Of a DNA stretch of 53,404 nucleotides, positions 19,601 through 28,354 are shown piece after piece (the first letter of the stretch is position 1; every line of letters begins with the position of its first letter). The stretch covers positions 1-53,404 of the forward strand of contig JBJXFJ010000019.1 in NCBI GenBank assembly GCA_046154735.1. The letters are read 5' to 3'. This DNA is from Chloroflexota bacterium. Lineage in GTDB: Bacteria > Chloroflexota > UBA6077 > JACCZL01. Made by a program: the position numbers and the translations under genes. The notes beneath the pieces are model-generated. The model was not told where the DNA came from. It worked only from the letters and a program-made list of their open reading frames with translations, and made no database searches.

Positions 19601-21083
19601 TGTTCAGCATGAGGCCACGGTAGTAGCCGCCAAAACCGTCTCGTCCGTCGATTCGCAGCGGCAGCGGATCGTCCCAATGCTCATTGGCCAGGGTTGCGCC
19701 CCGAGGCACGTTCTCAAATATCCAGCGCGATGCATCCACGCGCGAATGGGGTCGGAGGTAGATAGAAGTGAATCCGACCGCATAGATCGCCGTGAAACTC
19801 ATGACGCCCAGTACTATCGCTCGCGTGAGAGTCCGCCGAATCTGGAGACCCGGCCGCACCTGGCGCCAGTGGATGGACCAGAGGCGATGCAACAAGTAGG
19901 CGGCGGTCAGTGCGAGGAAGGGGTAAATGTGAAGGAAGTAGCGCATGGATTTAACCCATTGCGTTCCCTGATACAAGAACACCGCACCAATGAACACTAC
20001 GGGTATGAGGTGCTCGATTCTTCGCCGTCTCAGCAGCTCAAATCCAGCCACTGCCCAGCCGATCCAAGCCGCTAGACCCAGCGGCAGCCCCATGCCCCAC
20101 ACCACCATATTGGACCAGGGAAACCAGATGGCAGCTCGATCTGTCCATTGATGACCGGGAGGGAAATCGCGCTCGCCACTCTGAAGACCGCGGATCTCCG
20201 CCATATTTCCGAGCCATTGATCGTTGGGCGTGAAGTTGAGAATACTCGGCCCCTGGAATGCGATGGGCTGGAGCACGCGGAACGTCACAATGGAGACTGC
20301 CGCCGCGAGTAGGAGTCGTTGGCCGATTGACTCGATTGTTGCCCAGGAGACCGTCTGGTCCCGTTCATAGACGTGCCAGGCGACCAATCCGGCCCCCAGG
20401 ATCGCAAATCCAGCGAGCACAAACATGCTGATCTTGCAGGCGACGCCAAAACCGATGGCCGCGCCTAGTGCCAGATACCACCTATGCCCGTTACTGTTCC
20501 CAACGCGCAATGCGAAATAGGCCGCGAGGACCGCAAAGCTCGACGCGGCGCTGTCTACCGTGAAGAAGTGCGATTGCTGAATGGGGAGCGCCATGAGCGC
20601 ATAAAGTCCACCGCCCAGCAAACCCACGTTGATGCCATAGAGGCGTCGTCCCACCAGAATGGTGAGCGCAATGGTGATGACGTCAAACGTCGCGGCAAGG
20701 GCCCGACCAACGATATGGACCTGGTCATAGCCCGATTGCTCAGTTAGGAGTCCAATCGCCTTCGTGAGGAATAGGGGGAGGGTTCCATAAACGTACAGCC
20801 CAAAGTTGTGGTTGTATGGGCTTAGCGGGGACCGAGCAGTATCGAAATATTCGCCAAAACTATCCGGCCAGCGGATTGCGGTGGCCACCATGGTAAGAAA
20901 CCGCTCATCCGGGTGGAGATGCTGCGTTCCGTCCCACGCGATTCCAAGGAGCCTGAGGGCCGCTCCGATGACCATGATGGCGAGGAACCAGCCACGCGCG
21001 TCAATGCGCGGAAGCGTGATTGATTTCGAGACACTACGCGCATCCGGCTGCTGGATCGGAGCTTCCAAAACACTCTCAGCCAT
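16605..21083 (-). CDS. 1492-aa double GT-C protein: N-terminal GT39/PMT_2-like module plus C-terminal DUF2298 (YYY) module
   Basis: N-half LHPDERF, YVYGTLP, QQSHFFTVD, NEHWDDPLP; C-half GGEKPMDFAYLNA, PPYDPWFAGGYINYYYFG, ITEFPFFTFLYGDLHAH, RMNTVFKFY, GWDWHQKQQR. Confidence 0.85.
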   Translation of the reverse strand: MAESVLEAPIQQPDARSVSKSITLPRIDARGWFLAIMVIGAALRLLGIAWDGTQHLHPDERFLTMVATAIRWPDSFGEYFDTARSPLSPYNHNFGLYVYGTLPLFLTKAIGLLTEQSGYDQVHIVGRALAATFDVITIALTILVGRRLYGINVGLLGGGLYALMALPIQQSHFFTVDSAASSFAVLAAYFALRVGNSNGHRWYLALGAAIGFGVACKISMFVLAGFAILGAGLVAWHVYERDQTVSWATIESIGQRLLLAAAVSIVTFRVLQPIAFQGPSILNFTPNDQWLGNMAEIRGLQSGERDFPPGHQWTDRAAIWFPWSNMVVWGMGLPLGLAAWIGWAVAGFELLRRRRIEHLIPVVFIGAVFLYQGTQWVKSMRYFLHIYPFLALTAAYLLHRLWSIHWRQVRPGLQIRRTLTRAIVLGVMSFTAIYAVGFTSIYLRPHSRVDASRWIFENVPRGATLANEHWDDPLPLRIDGRDGFGGYYRGLMLNNYDEDTPKKLDELVSNLVQADYLVLSSNRLYDSIPRLPMRYPMTTRYYELLLAEQLGFQRIAEFTSYPHFLGIPLPDQTAEEAWSVYDHPKVIIFQKSPSFDRVQIRAQLNNGIDWEGILRLRPDQATKARTGLLLSAADRASYQAGGTWRELFSPSSLSNQFPALSWWLGLQLIGLIALPITFAACRSMIDGGYALTKPLGLLLVGWLSWMAASLHLMQFGPRLVLVSLGLLALCSVLTLVLRGHELAQLVRARWRLLVLEEALFTFCFLAFLGVRASNPDIWHPVMGGEKPMDFAYLNAVIRSEYFPPYDPWFAGGYINYYYFGFVLVATLVHLTGIVPWVTYNLAIPTFFAATALGAFGVALNLAQRQLGPIPGRVTAIPRTSRGSILAGLGAALGIAILGNLGELQLIIKGLHEIGRSSIQLRGLNEILRVFDGVREVVSSGRTLPFRTEWWYWNATRVIPHPQGEAVPITEFPFFTFLYGDLHAHMMALPFTLVCLGLGISLIRRAAPESLAGRHVVSRRTPRLTFVLMALVLGALWPLNTWDFPTFSVLAGAALFWRALAVQGRVTLNLVVRALVQWLGMLGFAYLLFLPFHRAYAAGYSSLEVWQGSRTPLDAYLVIHGIVLFVIITGLLCQIRAKSTRAPLAREMRLLFGHGYRVRRFVLLSRRLVRRSSAHRFGLGLLAAAVVAAVGLFAMRSGALALPLIVISLAMVPLLDPQSSVRDRFTLTCVALGAALTMLVEVIVLKGDISRMNTVFKFYLQVWTLWSIAAAVMLPGLLGFRQVLTVDQRGSRNTELPRLPGWWRPAFAALVASGLLYPIFATYVRAHDRFENSTQVTLDGLAYSDQAVYNDRNQAIALRWDREAIDWLLATIDGSPVIVEAVTPLYRWGSRVSINTGLPTIIGWDWHQKQQRAILPGDVVDRRINDVNEILGSATEERTREILDRYSARYVYIGQLERIYYPGVEVKMRRFEGSLWNRVYENQEVSIYEVRRG

Positions 21084-21138
21084 GATCAGCGGTGGGGTTG
21101 CCAGGGTACGCGTGTGGCATTAGCACGTGGCGATGGGC

Positions 21139-21939
21139 CTACCGCTTTCGACATGCGAAAAATATGTAAGCGCCGTCGTCAGTACATCTGCCACTGACAT
21201 GGGGACGGAGCCAGCGCAGGAGCCATTGGTGTGCCCAGGCGTTACGCCATGGCACCCATGCTCCGGTGATCTTGTAGGCCACGAGATTGGGAACACTGAG
21301 GTAATGCGCAACATCAAACGCTTGATGGCCCGACGCGTTCATGTAGTACTGCCAGTGGATGTCGTCAAATCCGTGCGCATCGAGCAACCGGAGCCAAGTA
21401 TTTGGATGATACGTGTGGTAGTGGCGCGAATGCTCATTAAACCAGCGACCATACCGATCACCCAATCGGTCAAGACCAAAGTGGCGCAGAAGTGACGACC
21501 CAAGCAGAAGATCAGCGAAGCGATGACTTGGTACTCCGAAAGCAAATCGGCCCCCGGGCTTGATGACTCGGCGCACTTCCTCAAGCGTGCCTAGTAGATC
21601 TGGAATGTGCTCCATCACGCAATTGCTTACTACCGTGCTAAACGATCCGTCGCGAGCGGGAATCGCGGTCGCACTGGCGCGCATGACAAGTCGATGAGCG
21701 CCTCGTTGATGCGCCTCGCTGATTGAACGGGGGTCGAGGTCAATACCGATCTCCGGTGGATCAGGGAACGCCATCGACGCGAAGTGACCATCACCACAGC
21801 CGAGATCCAGCATGGGCCGATCGAATGGGCCAAGCTCATCAAAGAGCTGACATTCCATCGCTCGAATGAGCGCGCGAAATGGTGGCATCTCACGCAGGTG
21901 CTGGTCCAGATAGTCTGCAGTGATTGTTGGCGCAGTCAT
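21139..21939 (-). CDS. Class I SAM-dependent methyltransferase
   Basis: LDLGCGDG, GIDLD, TVVSNCVMEHIPD, RVIKPGG. Confidence 0.9.
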   Translation of the reverse strand: MTAPTITADYLDQHLREMPPFRALIRAMECQLFDELGPFDRPMLDLGCGDGHFASMAFPDPPEIGIDLDPRSISEAHQRGAHRLVMRASATAIPARDGSFSTVVSNCVMEHIPDLLGTLEEVRRVIKPGGRFAFGVPSHRFADLLLGSSLLRHFGLDRLGDRYGRWFNEHSRHYHTYHPNTWLRLLDAHGFDDIHWQYYMNASGHQAFDVAHYLSVPNLVAYKITGAWVPWRNAWAHQWLLRWLRPHVSGRCTDDGAYIFFACRKR

Positions 21940-23120
21940 ACGGCGATTTTCACGACCTCGCCACGCTGCCCCGCGAGCGTGAGTGATTGATAGAGCCCGA
22001 TGTAATCATCGGCGGTACGCTCGACGCTGAAATGCTGCTCGATCTCAGCTCGTTCACGGACGTAGCTCTGCCGATTCCGAACAATCTCAATAATGCCTTC
22101 CGCGAGCGCAGGCGCATTGGCAATGGGGACGATTCGTCCCATGCCAGTGGTACGGATTGGTACGCGCACGCCGGGCAAATCGCTGGCGCAGACGGGCGTT
22201 CCGCAGGCCATCGCCTCCACCTGAACCATGCCAAAGCTCTCAGTTGAATTGATACTAGGCAGTACCGTTACGTCACACGCGGCGTAAACATTTGCGAGCT
22301 CCTGGGAGGATAGGGTGCCAAGAAATGTCCAAGCGCGGCCCAGTGCATCAACGCGCGGACGGAGGCGCGCGCGATACGCCTGCTCCCCTATTACTTGTTC
22401 ATAAGGACCGGCGAACAGCACGCGCACGTCACCGAGTGCGCGTTGAATGGCAGGCAAGGCGTCGATGAGGTACTCGACACCTTTCTCAGTGGCAAATCGA
22501 GCGGCAAAGCCAATTACGGTCGCGTCGTCTAGCTGGTGCGCGGAACGCAGAGCCTGAACGCCTGCACTGTCAGGCAGAGGTATCGTCACCGGCGGTGGTA
22601 TGACTTTGCGCTTGCTCGGAAACTGTGAAAGAAAGCGAGAGTGCCGGGCGTAGTCGTCGGTATAAGCCACGATCCTGTCGGCCAGGGTACCAGTCAGCAA
22701 GTTGTTCGCGAAGGCGACCTCGTCAATCGCTCGATTGGTCAGTGATCGTGGCAGATTCAGATCGCAATGGTGTGTAAGTACGATCGGTCGACGGGCCACA
22801 AACCGAGCGAGCGCGGCGAGTATTGCCGACTCCGGCTGGGGTAGATGCAGATGGACGAGATCATGGGACTTCAGCAAGCTCAAGGCGATGGCAGGATACT
22901 GGGCCATGATGACGGATTTACTCACGCGCGCACTTACCGGGACGCGTATCACCTGAGCGCCGTTGTGCAACTCCTGGCGGGGCAGATCCGGCTGAAATTG
23001 AGATGTGAGTATTGTGACTTCGTGTCCGCGTTCAACGAGCGCGCTGGCGAGTCGATCGACATAGACCGTAAGGCCCGAGACATACGGACGAAAGTACGTA
23101 ATCGCCATGAGTACGCGCAT
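21936..23120 (-). CDS. Glycosyltransferase family 4 (GT-B, retaining)
   Basis: YFRPYVSG, EKGVEYL, VLPSINSTESFGMVQVEAMACGTP (EX7E); start MRVLMA at 23120. Confidence 0.92.
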   Translation of the reverse strand: MRVLMAITYFRPYVSGLTVYVDRLASALVERGHEVTILTSQFQPDLPRQELHNGAQVIRVPVSARVSKSVIMAQYPAIALSLLKSHDLVHLHLPQPESAILAALARFVARRPIVLTHHCDLNLPRSLTNRAIDEVAFANNLLTGTLADRIVAYTDDYARHSRFLSQFPSKRKVIPPPVTIPLPDSAGVQALRSAHQLDDATVIGFAARFATEKGVEYLIDALPAIQRALGDVRVLFAGPYEQVIGEQAYRARLRPRVDALGRAWTFLGTLSSQELANVYAACDVTVLPSINSTESFGMVQVEAMACGTPVCASDLPGVRVPIRTTGMGRIVPIANAPALAEGIIEIVRNRQSYVRERAEIEQHFSVERTADDYIGLYQSLTLAGQRGEVVKIAV

Positions 23121-23125
23121 GGGAG

Positions 23126-24142
23126 CTACCGTGACTCCTGGACTGATCGAACCCACTTGACAAGTTGCTCAATACCCTCTCGCGCGGGGATGCGCGGAGT
23201 CCAACCCAGCTCACTCTCGGCCTTTCGAATATCGGATATATAGATCGGCTGATCCCCGGGACGTTCTGGACCATGCCCAACAGGAACCTCGTGACCAATC
23301 AGCTCGGCAAGAAGCTGCCCGAATTCAGTCCATATGGCAAGTGACTGTTCAGGTCCGCCGCCAATGTTGTAAATCTCGCCTCGAGCGGTCTCGATATGGT
23401 CAACCGCCGCGTCGTACGCATCAAGGAGGTCATCAATGAAGAGTACGTCCCGCACCTGCTTGCCATTCCCGTAAATGGTGATCGGCTTCCCCGAGAGGGC
23501 CGCGATGACCATCCAGGCAAGCCAGCCCTGATCTTCAATTCCGAACTGGCGGTAGCCGTAGATGCATGATTGACGGAAGACGACGGTTGGCAGTTCATAG
23601 ATCCGCGCATAGTCTCGAACATACTGGTCTCCAGCCCCTTTTGAACAACCGTAGGGTGAGTGGAAATCAAGCGGGAAGGATTCCGGCACCCCGTGGGGTA
23701 ACGCCGCGAAGTGATAGCGGGTCTCCCCCTCGATAACCTTTGCCCCTTCGAGCGCGCCATACACTTTGTTGGTTGATGCGTAAATGACGGCGGGGCGGAG
23801 ATGGCTCTGACGAGCTGCTTCAAGCACGTTGAACGTGCCGAGGGCGTTGACTTCAAAGTCACGGCGCGGACTCTGAACGGAGGTTGTGACCGCCACCTGT
23901 CCGCCCAGGTGATAGACGACTTCAGCAGAGCGAACCGCCCGCTCCACATCCGCGGCGACGGCAAGGTCACCTTGCACCACATCCGGACCGGTCCTGCACT
24001 GGGTCTGAAGCCACTCAAGGTTTGCTCCAGTGCCACGGCGGGAGAAATTATCGAGAATTGTGACTGTCTCGCCACGGTTGAGCAAACGACGTGCTAGGTT
24101 CACGCCAATAAAGCCGGCGCCGCCAGTGATGAGAACGTGCAT
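23126..24142 (-). CDS. NAD-dependent epimerase/dehydratase, CDP-paratose 2-epimerase (CDP-tyvelose epimerase)-like
   Basis: TGGAGFIG, HLGGQVAVTTS, STNKVYG, DFHSPYGCSKG (YxxxK), FRQSCIYG, GKQVRD. Confidence 0.85.
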   Translation of the reverse strand: MHVLITGGAGFIGVNLARRLLNRGETVTILDNFSRRGTGANLEWLQTQCRTGPDVVQGDLAVAADVERAVRSAEVVYHLGGQVAVTTSVQSPRRDFEVNALGTFNVLEAARQSHLRPAVIYASTNKVYGALEGAKVIEGETRYHFAALPHGVPESFPLDFHSPYGCSKGAGDQYVRDYARIYELPTVVFRQSCIYGYRQFGIEDQGWLAWMVIAALSGKPITIYGNGKQVRDVLFIDDLLDAYDAAVDHIETARGEIYNIGGGPEQSLAIWTEFGQLLAELIGHEVPVGHGPERPGDQPIYISDIRKAESELGWTPRIPAREGIEQLVKWVRSVQESR

Positions 24143-24560
24143 GACATCCGAGTCGCGAATTTTTCTGTGACGCCGCGTACTCTAGAGCGCGAGCGGTCAT
24201 CGAAGCCAATGGTACGCAACGCCTCGTCATCGAGACCGCTCCTCCCGGCGTACCCTTAAGCGTGATCCTGCTCTGTGCCGAGATTGTGACCCGTACACCA
24301 TCCGCTAGCCGAACTGGCCATTCTGTCAACGTGCGGGCTGTCAACGATTCTACTGGTTGTGGAGTGACTCAACCAATCCGAGGCGCCTCCGCCACGTGGT
24401 CGGGGGCCTGGGGAATGCCGCAATGTCGCCGCGCGCCGCGCAAGCGAGGGGTGCACGGCGAACCCGTCTGGGCTATCGTGCTAGGATGGTGTGAACGTGA
24501 GCCTGCGTCTCCGCGATGGCTTGCTCACATCTTGTGGGGATTTCAAAGGGAGCGCGCATT

Positions 24561-24878
24561 ATGGACGGCCTGCACTACGATCGAGTCTGCCGGACGGATC
24601 GATCCGAGGCGTATCTCATCAGCAAAGAGGATGAGCCACTCGCGCGCGTGGATCTACACTTTACGTCAAGTATCGTCTACGGTCTCCTCATTGTTGAGCG
24701 CCAACTGGCTACTGAAGAGACGATGGATCTGATTGAGACGATCGATGAAGATCTCGTCTGGAGTGCTGACCTTCCCCGCGACGATTTCGTCGTGACCGTC
24801 TATCAGGGCCAAGAAATCGGCGTTTACAGCGACCCGCATTTTGATGACGAGGAAGAAGAAAACGGCATCGCTCACTGA
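24561..24878 (+). CDS. Small acidic hypothetical protein
   Basis: SD AAAGGGAG before ATG 24561; 105 aa, protein-like composition, acidic tail FDDEEEE; directly upstream of the thiolase. Confidence 0.75.
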   Translation: MDGLHYDRVCRTDRSEAYLISKEDEPLARVDLHFTSSIVYGLLIVERQLATEETMDLIETIDEDLVWSADLPRDDFVVTVYQGQEIGVYSDPHFDDEEEENGIAH

Positions 24879-24914
24879 GCTGTGAGACTTGGGCAGTGAT
24901 ATGATGAGCCCGTT

Positions 24915-26117
24915 ATGCCCGATGCCGTAATAGTTGACGCTGTACGCACTCCGATTGGCCGCTATGGCGGTGCGCTGAAAGACGTTCGTCCTGACGATCT
25001 CTTGGCAGCCACGCTTCGAGCGCTCATTGATCGAACCCCTATTGACCCAGACATCATTGAAGATGTCATTGTCGGTTGCGCTAACCAAGCTGGCGAAGAC
25101 AATCGCAACGTGGCGCGCATGAGCCTACTGCTGGCGGGGCTCCCCGACCATATTGGCGGCCAGACAGTGAATCGGCTCTGCGGTTCAGGCCTCCAAGCGA
25201 TCAATAGCGCTGCCCAGGCGATCCAGGCGGGCCTTGGCGAGGTGTTTATCGCTGGTGGTGTTGAGAGTATGACGCGGGCACCATTTGTCGTGCCCAAAGC
25301 GGATAGCGCATTTTCCCGAGGCAACCAGACGGCGTATGACACCACAATCGGCTGGCGCATGGTGAACGACCGCCTTGCAGCGCTTCATGCACCAATCAGT
25401 ATGGGCGAGACCGCGGAAAATGTTGCCGAGCGATATGGCATCAGCCGGGAGGAGCAAGATGTATTTGCCCTGCGCAGCCAGCAGCGAGCGGTCGCTGCGC
25501 AATCAAGCGGTGCGTTTGCCGGGGAGATGATTCCCGTGGCGGTGCCCCAGCGGCGCGGTGAGCCAGTGCTCGTGGATCGGGATGAGCATCCCCGAGCGGA
25601 CACTTCGCTCGAAAAGCTGGCCGCCTTGCCCTCCGCGTTCAAGAAGAACGGCACCGTGACGGCCGGCAACTCCGCGGGGATCAACGACGGCGCCAGTGCA
25701 CTTCTAATGATGTCAGCAGAAAAGGCCGCGGAGCTGGGATTCACGCCGATGGGGCGAATTGTCACTTCTGCCGTTGCTGGCGTTGATCCGGCGTATATGG
25801 GCATTGGGCCGGTGCCCGCGACCCGGAAGGCACTTGCCCGCGCGAAGCTCAGTGTCGATAGTATTGATTTAGTGGAGCTTAACGAAGCCTTTGCTGCGCA
25901 ATCACTCGCGTGTCTCCGGGAGCTCGAGCTTGATCATGATCGAGTGAACGTCAACGGTGGCGCCATTGCCCTCGGGCACCCACTTGGTTGCAGCGGCGCA
26001 CGCATTATGACCGCGCTGCTCCATGAGATGCAGCGCCGAGATGCGCGATACGGGCTTGCCACGATGTGCATTGGCGTTGGACAGGGCATTGCCACCATTG
26101 TAGAGCGGTTAGGATAG
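24915..26117 (+). CDS. Acetyl-CoA C-acyltransferase (thiolase), PcaF/PaaJ-like
   Basis: [56 protein letters not shown]. Confidence 0.93.
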   Translation: MPDAVIVDAVRTPIGRYGGALKDVRPDDLLAATLRALIDRTPIDPDIIEDVIVGCANQAGEDNRNVARMSLLLAGLPDHIGGQTVNRLCGSGLQAINSAAQAIQAGLGEVFIAGGVESMTRAPFVVPKADSAFSRGNQTAYDTTIGWRMVNDRLAALHAPISMGETAENVAERYGISREEQDVFALRSQQRAVAAQSSGAFAGEMIPVAVPQRRGEPVLVDRDEHPRADTSLEKLAALPSAFKKNGTVTAGNSAGINDGASALLMMSAEKAAELGFTPMGRIVTSAVAGVDPAYMGIGPVPATRKALARAKLSVDSIDLVELNEAFAAQSLACLRELELDHDRVNVNGGAIALGHPLGCSGARIMTALLHEMQRRDARYGLATMCIGVGQGIATIVERLG

Positions 26118-26191
26118 TCAGACTTATTCCCAGGCGATCTTGCAGCGCGGCCCAGCAGTTGGGCCGTTACTTTTTGCCCGTGGAGGTGTTC

Positions 26192-27007
26192 ATGATTCGT
26201 TTGATTCGTTGGCAGGTTGCGGCAGTCACGGCCGTGCTCTTGAGTGTGGCCGTAGTGGCGCCGAATACGCTGCTCGCAGGACCGGTGGACCAGAAAGGCA
26301 CCTCCAGTCCAGATATTGCTCCCTTCCAGTCGGCACAATTCGACCTCAAGGGCTTTGTTAGGCTTGACGGAATCACGGTCGATGTGAGTGGTCAGGGCTC
26401 GCTAGCGCCACCGGATCGGAGCGCCGGGACATACAAATTTGGGCCGTTTACGCTGGAGACAGTGACCATAGGGAGCACTGTCTATGCTCGTTCACGGTTC
26501 GAGCCGAGGTGGGAAGCACAAGAAATACCTTCCGAGCTCCCAGTGAACGTGGGCCCGATCGTTGCATCAGATATCTTCCCTAAAGGCCCCTACACCCTCC
26601 AGGGGCAGGAACGAGTGGACGGTAAATTAACTACCAGATGGTCAACGGATCTCGATCTCGGCTTACTCCTTGCGCTGTCCGAATTTTCGCCGACTTCAGA
26701 TGACAATGTCCGGGATGCGCTCAAATCGCTCAAGGCAAACCTTGAGGTCTGGGTGGGCAATGACGACCGCCTGCTCTATAAGGAGCGCGTCGTTTTCACA
26801 TTCACAGTGCCGGCCATTGAGCCCCAGGGCGATCCCCTCCCTGGGACCATAGATCTGGCAATGACGTATTCCAAGCACAACCAGCCGGTGACTATTCAGT
26901 CACCAGTCTCGGATGAGCCGCGCCGTCGGAATGTCACGTTCCCCAAACTACAGTCACTCTATCGGGGTATCCACGAGACCGGACTGGGCTCCACCACGGG
27001 AGGCTGA
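26192..27007 (+). CDS. Exported protein, LppX/LprAFG (LolA-like) type
   Basis: SD GGAGGTG; signal peptide; motifs [36 protein letters not shown] typical of LppX_LprAFG-like proteins. Confidence 0.6.
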   Translation: MIRLIRWQVAAVTAVLLSVAVVAPNTLLAGPVDQKGTSSPDIAPFQSAQFDLKGFVRLDGITVDVSGQGSLAPPDRSAGTYKFGPFTLETVTIGSTVYARSRFEPRWEAQEIPSELPVNVGPIVASDIFPKGPYTLQGQERVDGKLTTRWSTDLDLGLLLALSEFSPTSDDNVRDALKSLKANLEVWVGNDDRLLYKERVVFTFTVPAIEPQGDPLPGTIDLAMTYSKHNQPVTIQSPVSDEPRRRNVTFPKLQSLYRGIHETGLGSTTGG

Positions 27008-27067
27008 GTAATCCGCGGCAGAGACTCGCGGGTGAGCGAGACTCCTGACCCCGTGCTGGCAGTGGGC

Positions 27068-28354
27068 TCATTGCCAGCGCGACTCCGCCGCATACGATTC
27101 GTCTAGGAGCTCAATGATATGCTTGACATCCATCGTGAGCCCGTGCCGCGTTACTCCTGCCGAGAGCTGCAGCAGACACCCTGGATTCGCCGTTGCTATG
27201 GTGTCGGCGCCCGTTGCTCGCGCCTCCTGCATGCGCGAATCAAGCAAGTCCAGGGACATTAAGGTTTGCGTCACGGAATAGCTCCCCGCGCTTCCGCAAC
27301 AACGGTCTGATTGGGCCATGTCCACGAAGGTGATGCCCGGGATGCTCTCTAGTAAGGCTCGGGGCTGCGCGGAGATCCGCTGGGCATGCACGAGATGGCA
27401 AGATTCCTGGAGCGTGACGCGACGCTTGACCTGCCCGCGAGGTGGACGAATCGGTAACTCAATAAGCAGCTCATGGATGTCCCGCACTTTTGCGGCCAAC
27501 GATTCGCCGGCGGCTAGCAGTTCGCCATAGCCCTTTAAGGTTGACCCACAGCCCGCGGCATTGACTACAACCGCGTCAACGGGTAGATGCCCGAACGCGC
27601 GCACATTCTGTTCTACCATCTTCACCGCGGAGTCTCGTTCACCGGAGTGGACGTTCAGAGCGCCGCAACACACTTGCTCACGAGGCACATAAACATCGCA
27701 ACCGTTCCGATTCAGCACTCGAATTGTTGCCCAATGGACCTCGGGGTACAGCAGCGGCATCACGCACCCGGTGAAAAGCGCCACTCGAGCGCGCGCCCGC
27801 CCCGGAGCGGGGAAGAAATCGCGCTGGGGGTGGAAGAATTTTCGGGGGAGCCTCGGTAACATCTGTTCAAGGGCCGCTAGGCGCGGCGCCAGCATCTGAA
27901 GCATTCCGCTTCCCCGCACCAGGTGCTGCAGTCCGCTACGCTGGTAGGCCCTGAGCCAGTGTCCGAGTCCGAGGAGTCTTTGAGGCCGACCAATAAGCTG
28001 GTCGAAAACGAGCCATTCAATGACCTGACGGAACCGTCCGCGTTCACGCCTGTCTCGAAGCTGTGCGCGCGCCGACTCCATCAGTCGGCCAAATGGCACA
28101 CCGGAGGGGCAAGCGGCTTCGCATGCGCGACACACCAGGCACTGATCGATCGCCGCGGCATAGGTCTCAGATGGCTCAATCCGGTCCTCATTGAGTGCCG
28201 TGATGAGATGAATGCGGCCGCGTGGGGAGGCCATTTCAAGGCCTGACTGAAGGTAAGTGGGGCAGTGCTCTAGGCACATGCCGCAGTGAACGCAGCCATA
28301 ATAGTCAGCCGGATCCGGTGTATGCGCGGCGGTTGCATGCACGGTTAGACCCAT
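27068..28354 (-). CDS. glcF: Glycolate oxidase iron-sulfur subunit / (Fe-S)-binding protein
   Basis: CVHCGMCLEHCPTY, SPRGRI, CLVCRACEAACPSGV, two CCG domains (CCGAL, CCGSAG), TANPGC. Confidence 0.85.
   Translation of the reverse strand: MGLTVHATAAHTPDPADYYGCVHCGMCLEHCPTYLQSGLEMASPRGRIHLITALNEDRIEPSETYAAAIDQCLVCRACEAACPSGVPFGRLMESARAQLRDRRERGRFRQVIEWLVFDQLIGRPQRLLGLGHWLRAYQRSGLQHLVRGSGMLQMLAPRLAALEQMLPRLPRKFFHPQRDFFPAPGRARARVALFTGCVMPLLYPEVHWATIRVLNRNGCDVYVPREQVCCGALNVHSGERDSAVKMVEQNVRAFGHLPVDAVVVNAAGCGSTLKGYGELLAAGESLAAKVRDIHELLIELPIRPPRGQVKRRVTLQESCHLVHAQRISAQPRALLESIPGITFVDMAQSDRCCGSAGSYSVTQTLMSLDLLDSRMQEARATGADTIATANPGCLLQLSAGVTRHGLTMDVKHIIELLDESYAAESRWQ

Noticed and set aside
624-24097. 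Numerous antisense and alternative-frame ORFs overlapping the minus-strand genes (also elsewhere in the window)
   Set aside because: Shadow ORFs expected in high-GC coding DNA; no motifs or SD support
24048-24732. ORFs 24048-24344(-), 24256-24456(-) and 24262-24732(+)
   Set aside because: Arg/Ser/Pro-rich non-coding-like composition; 24048-24344 and 24262-24732 overlap better-supported genes, and all three cover the divergent promoter region
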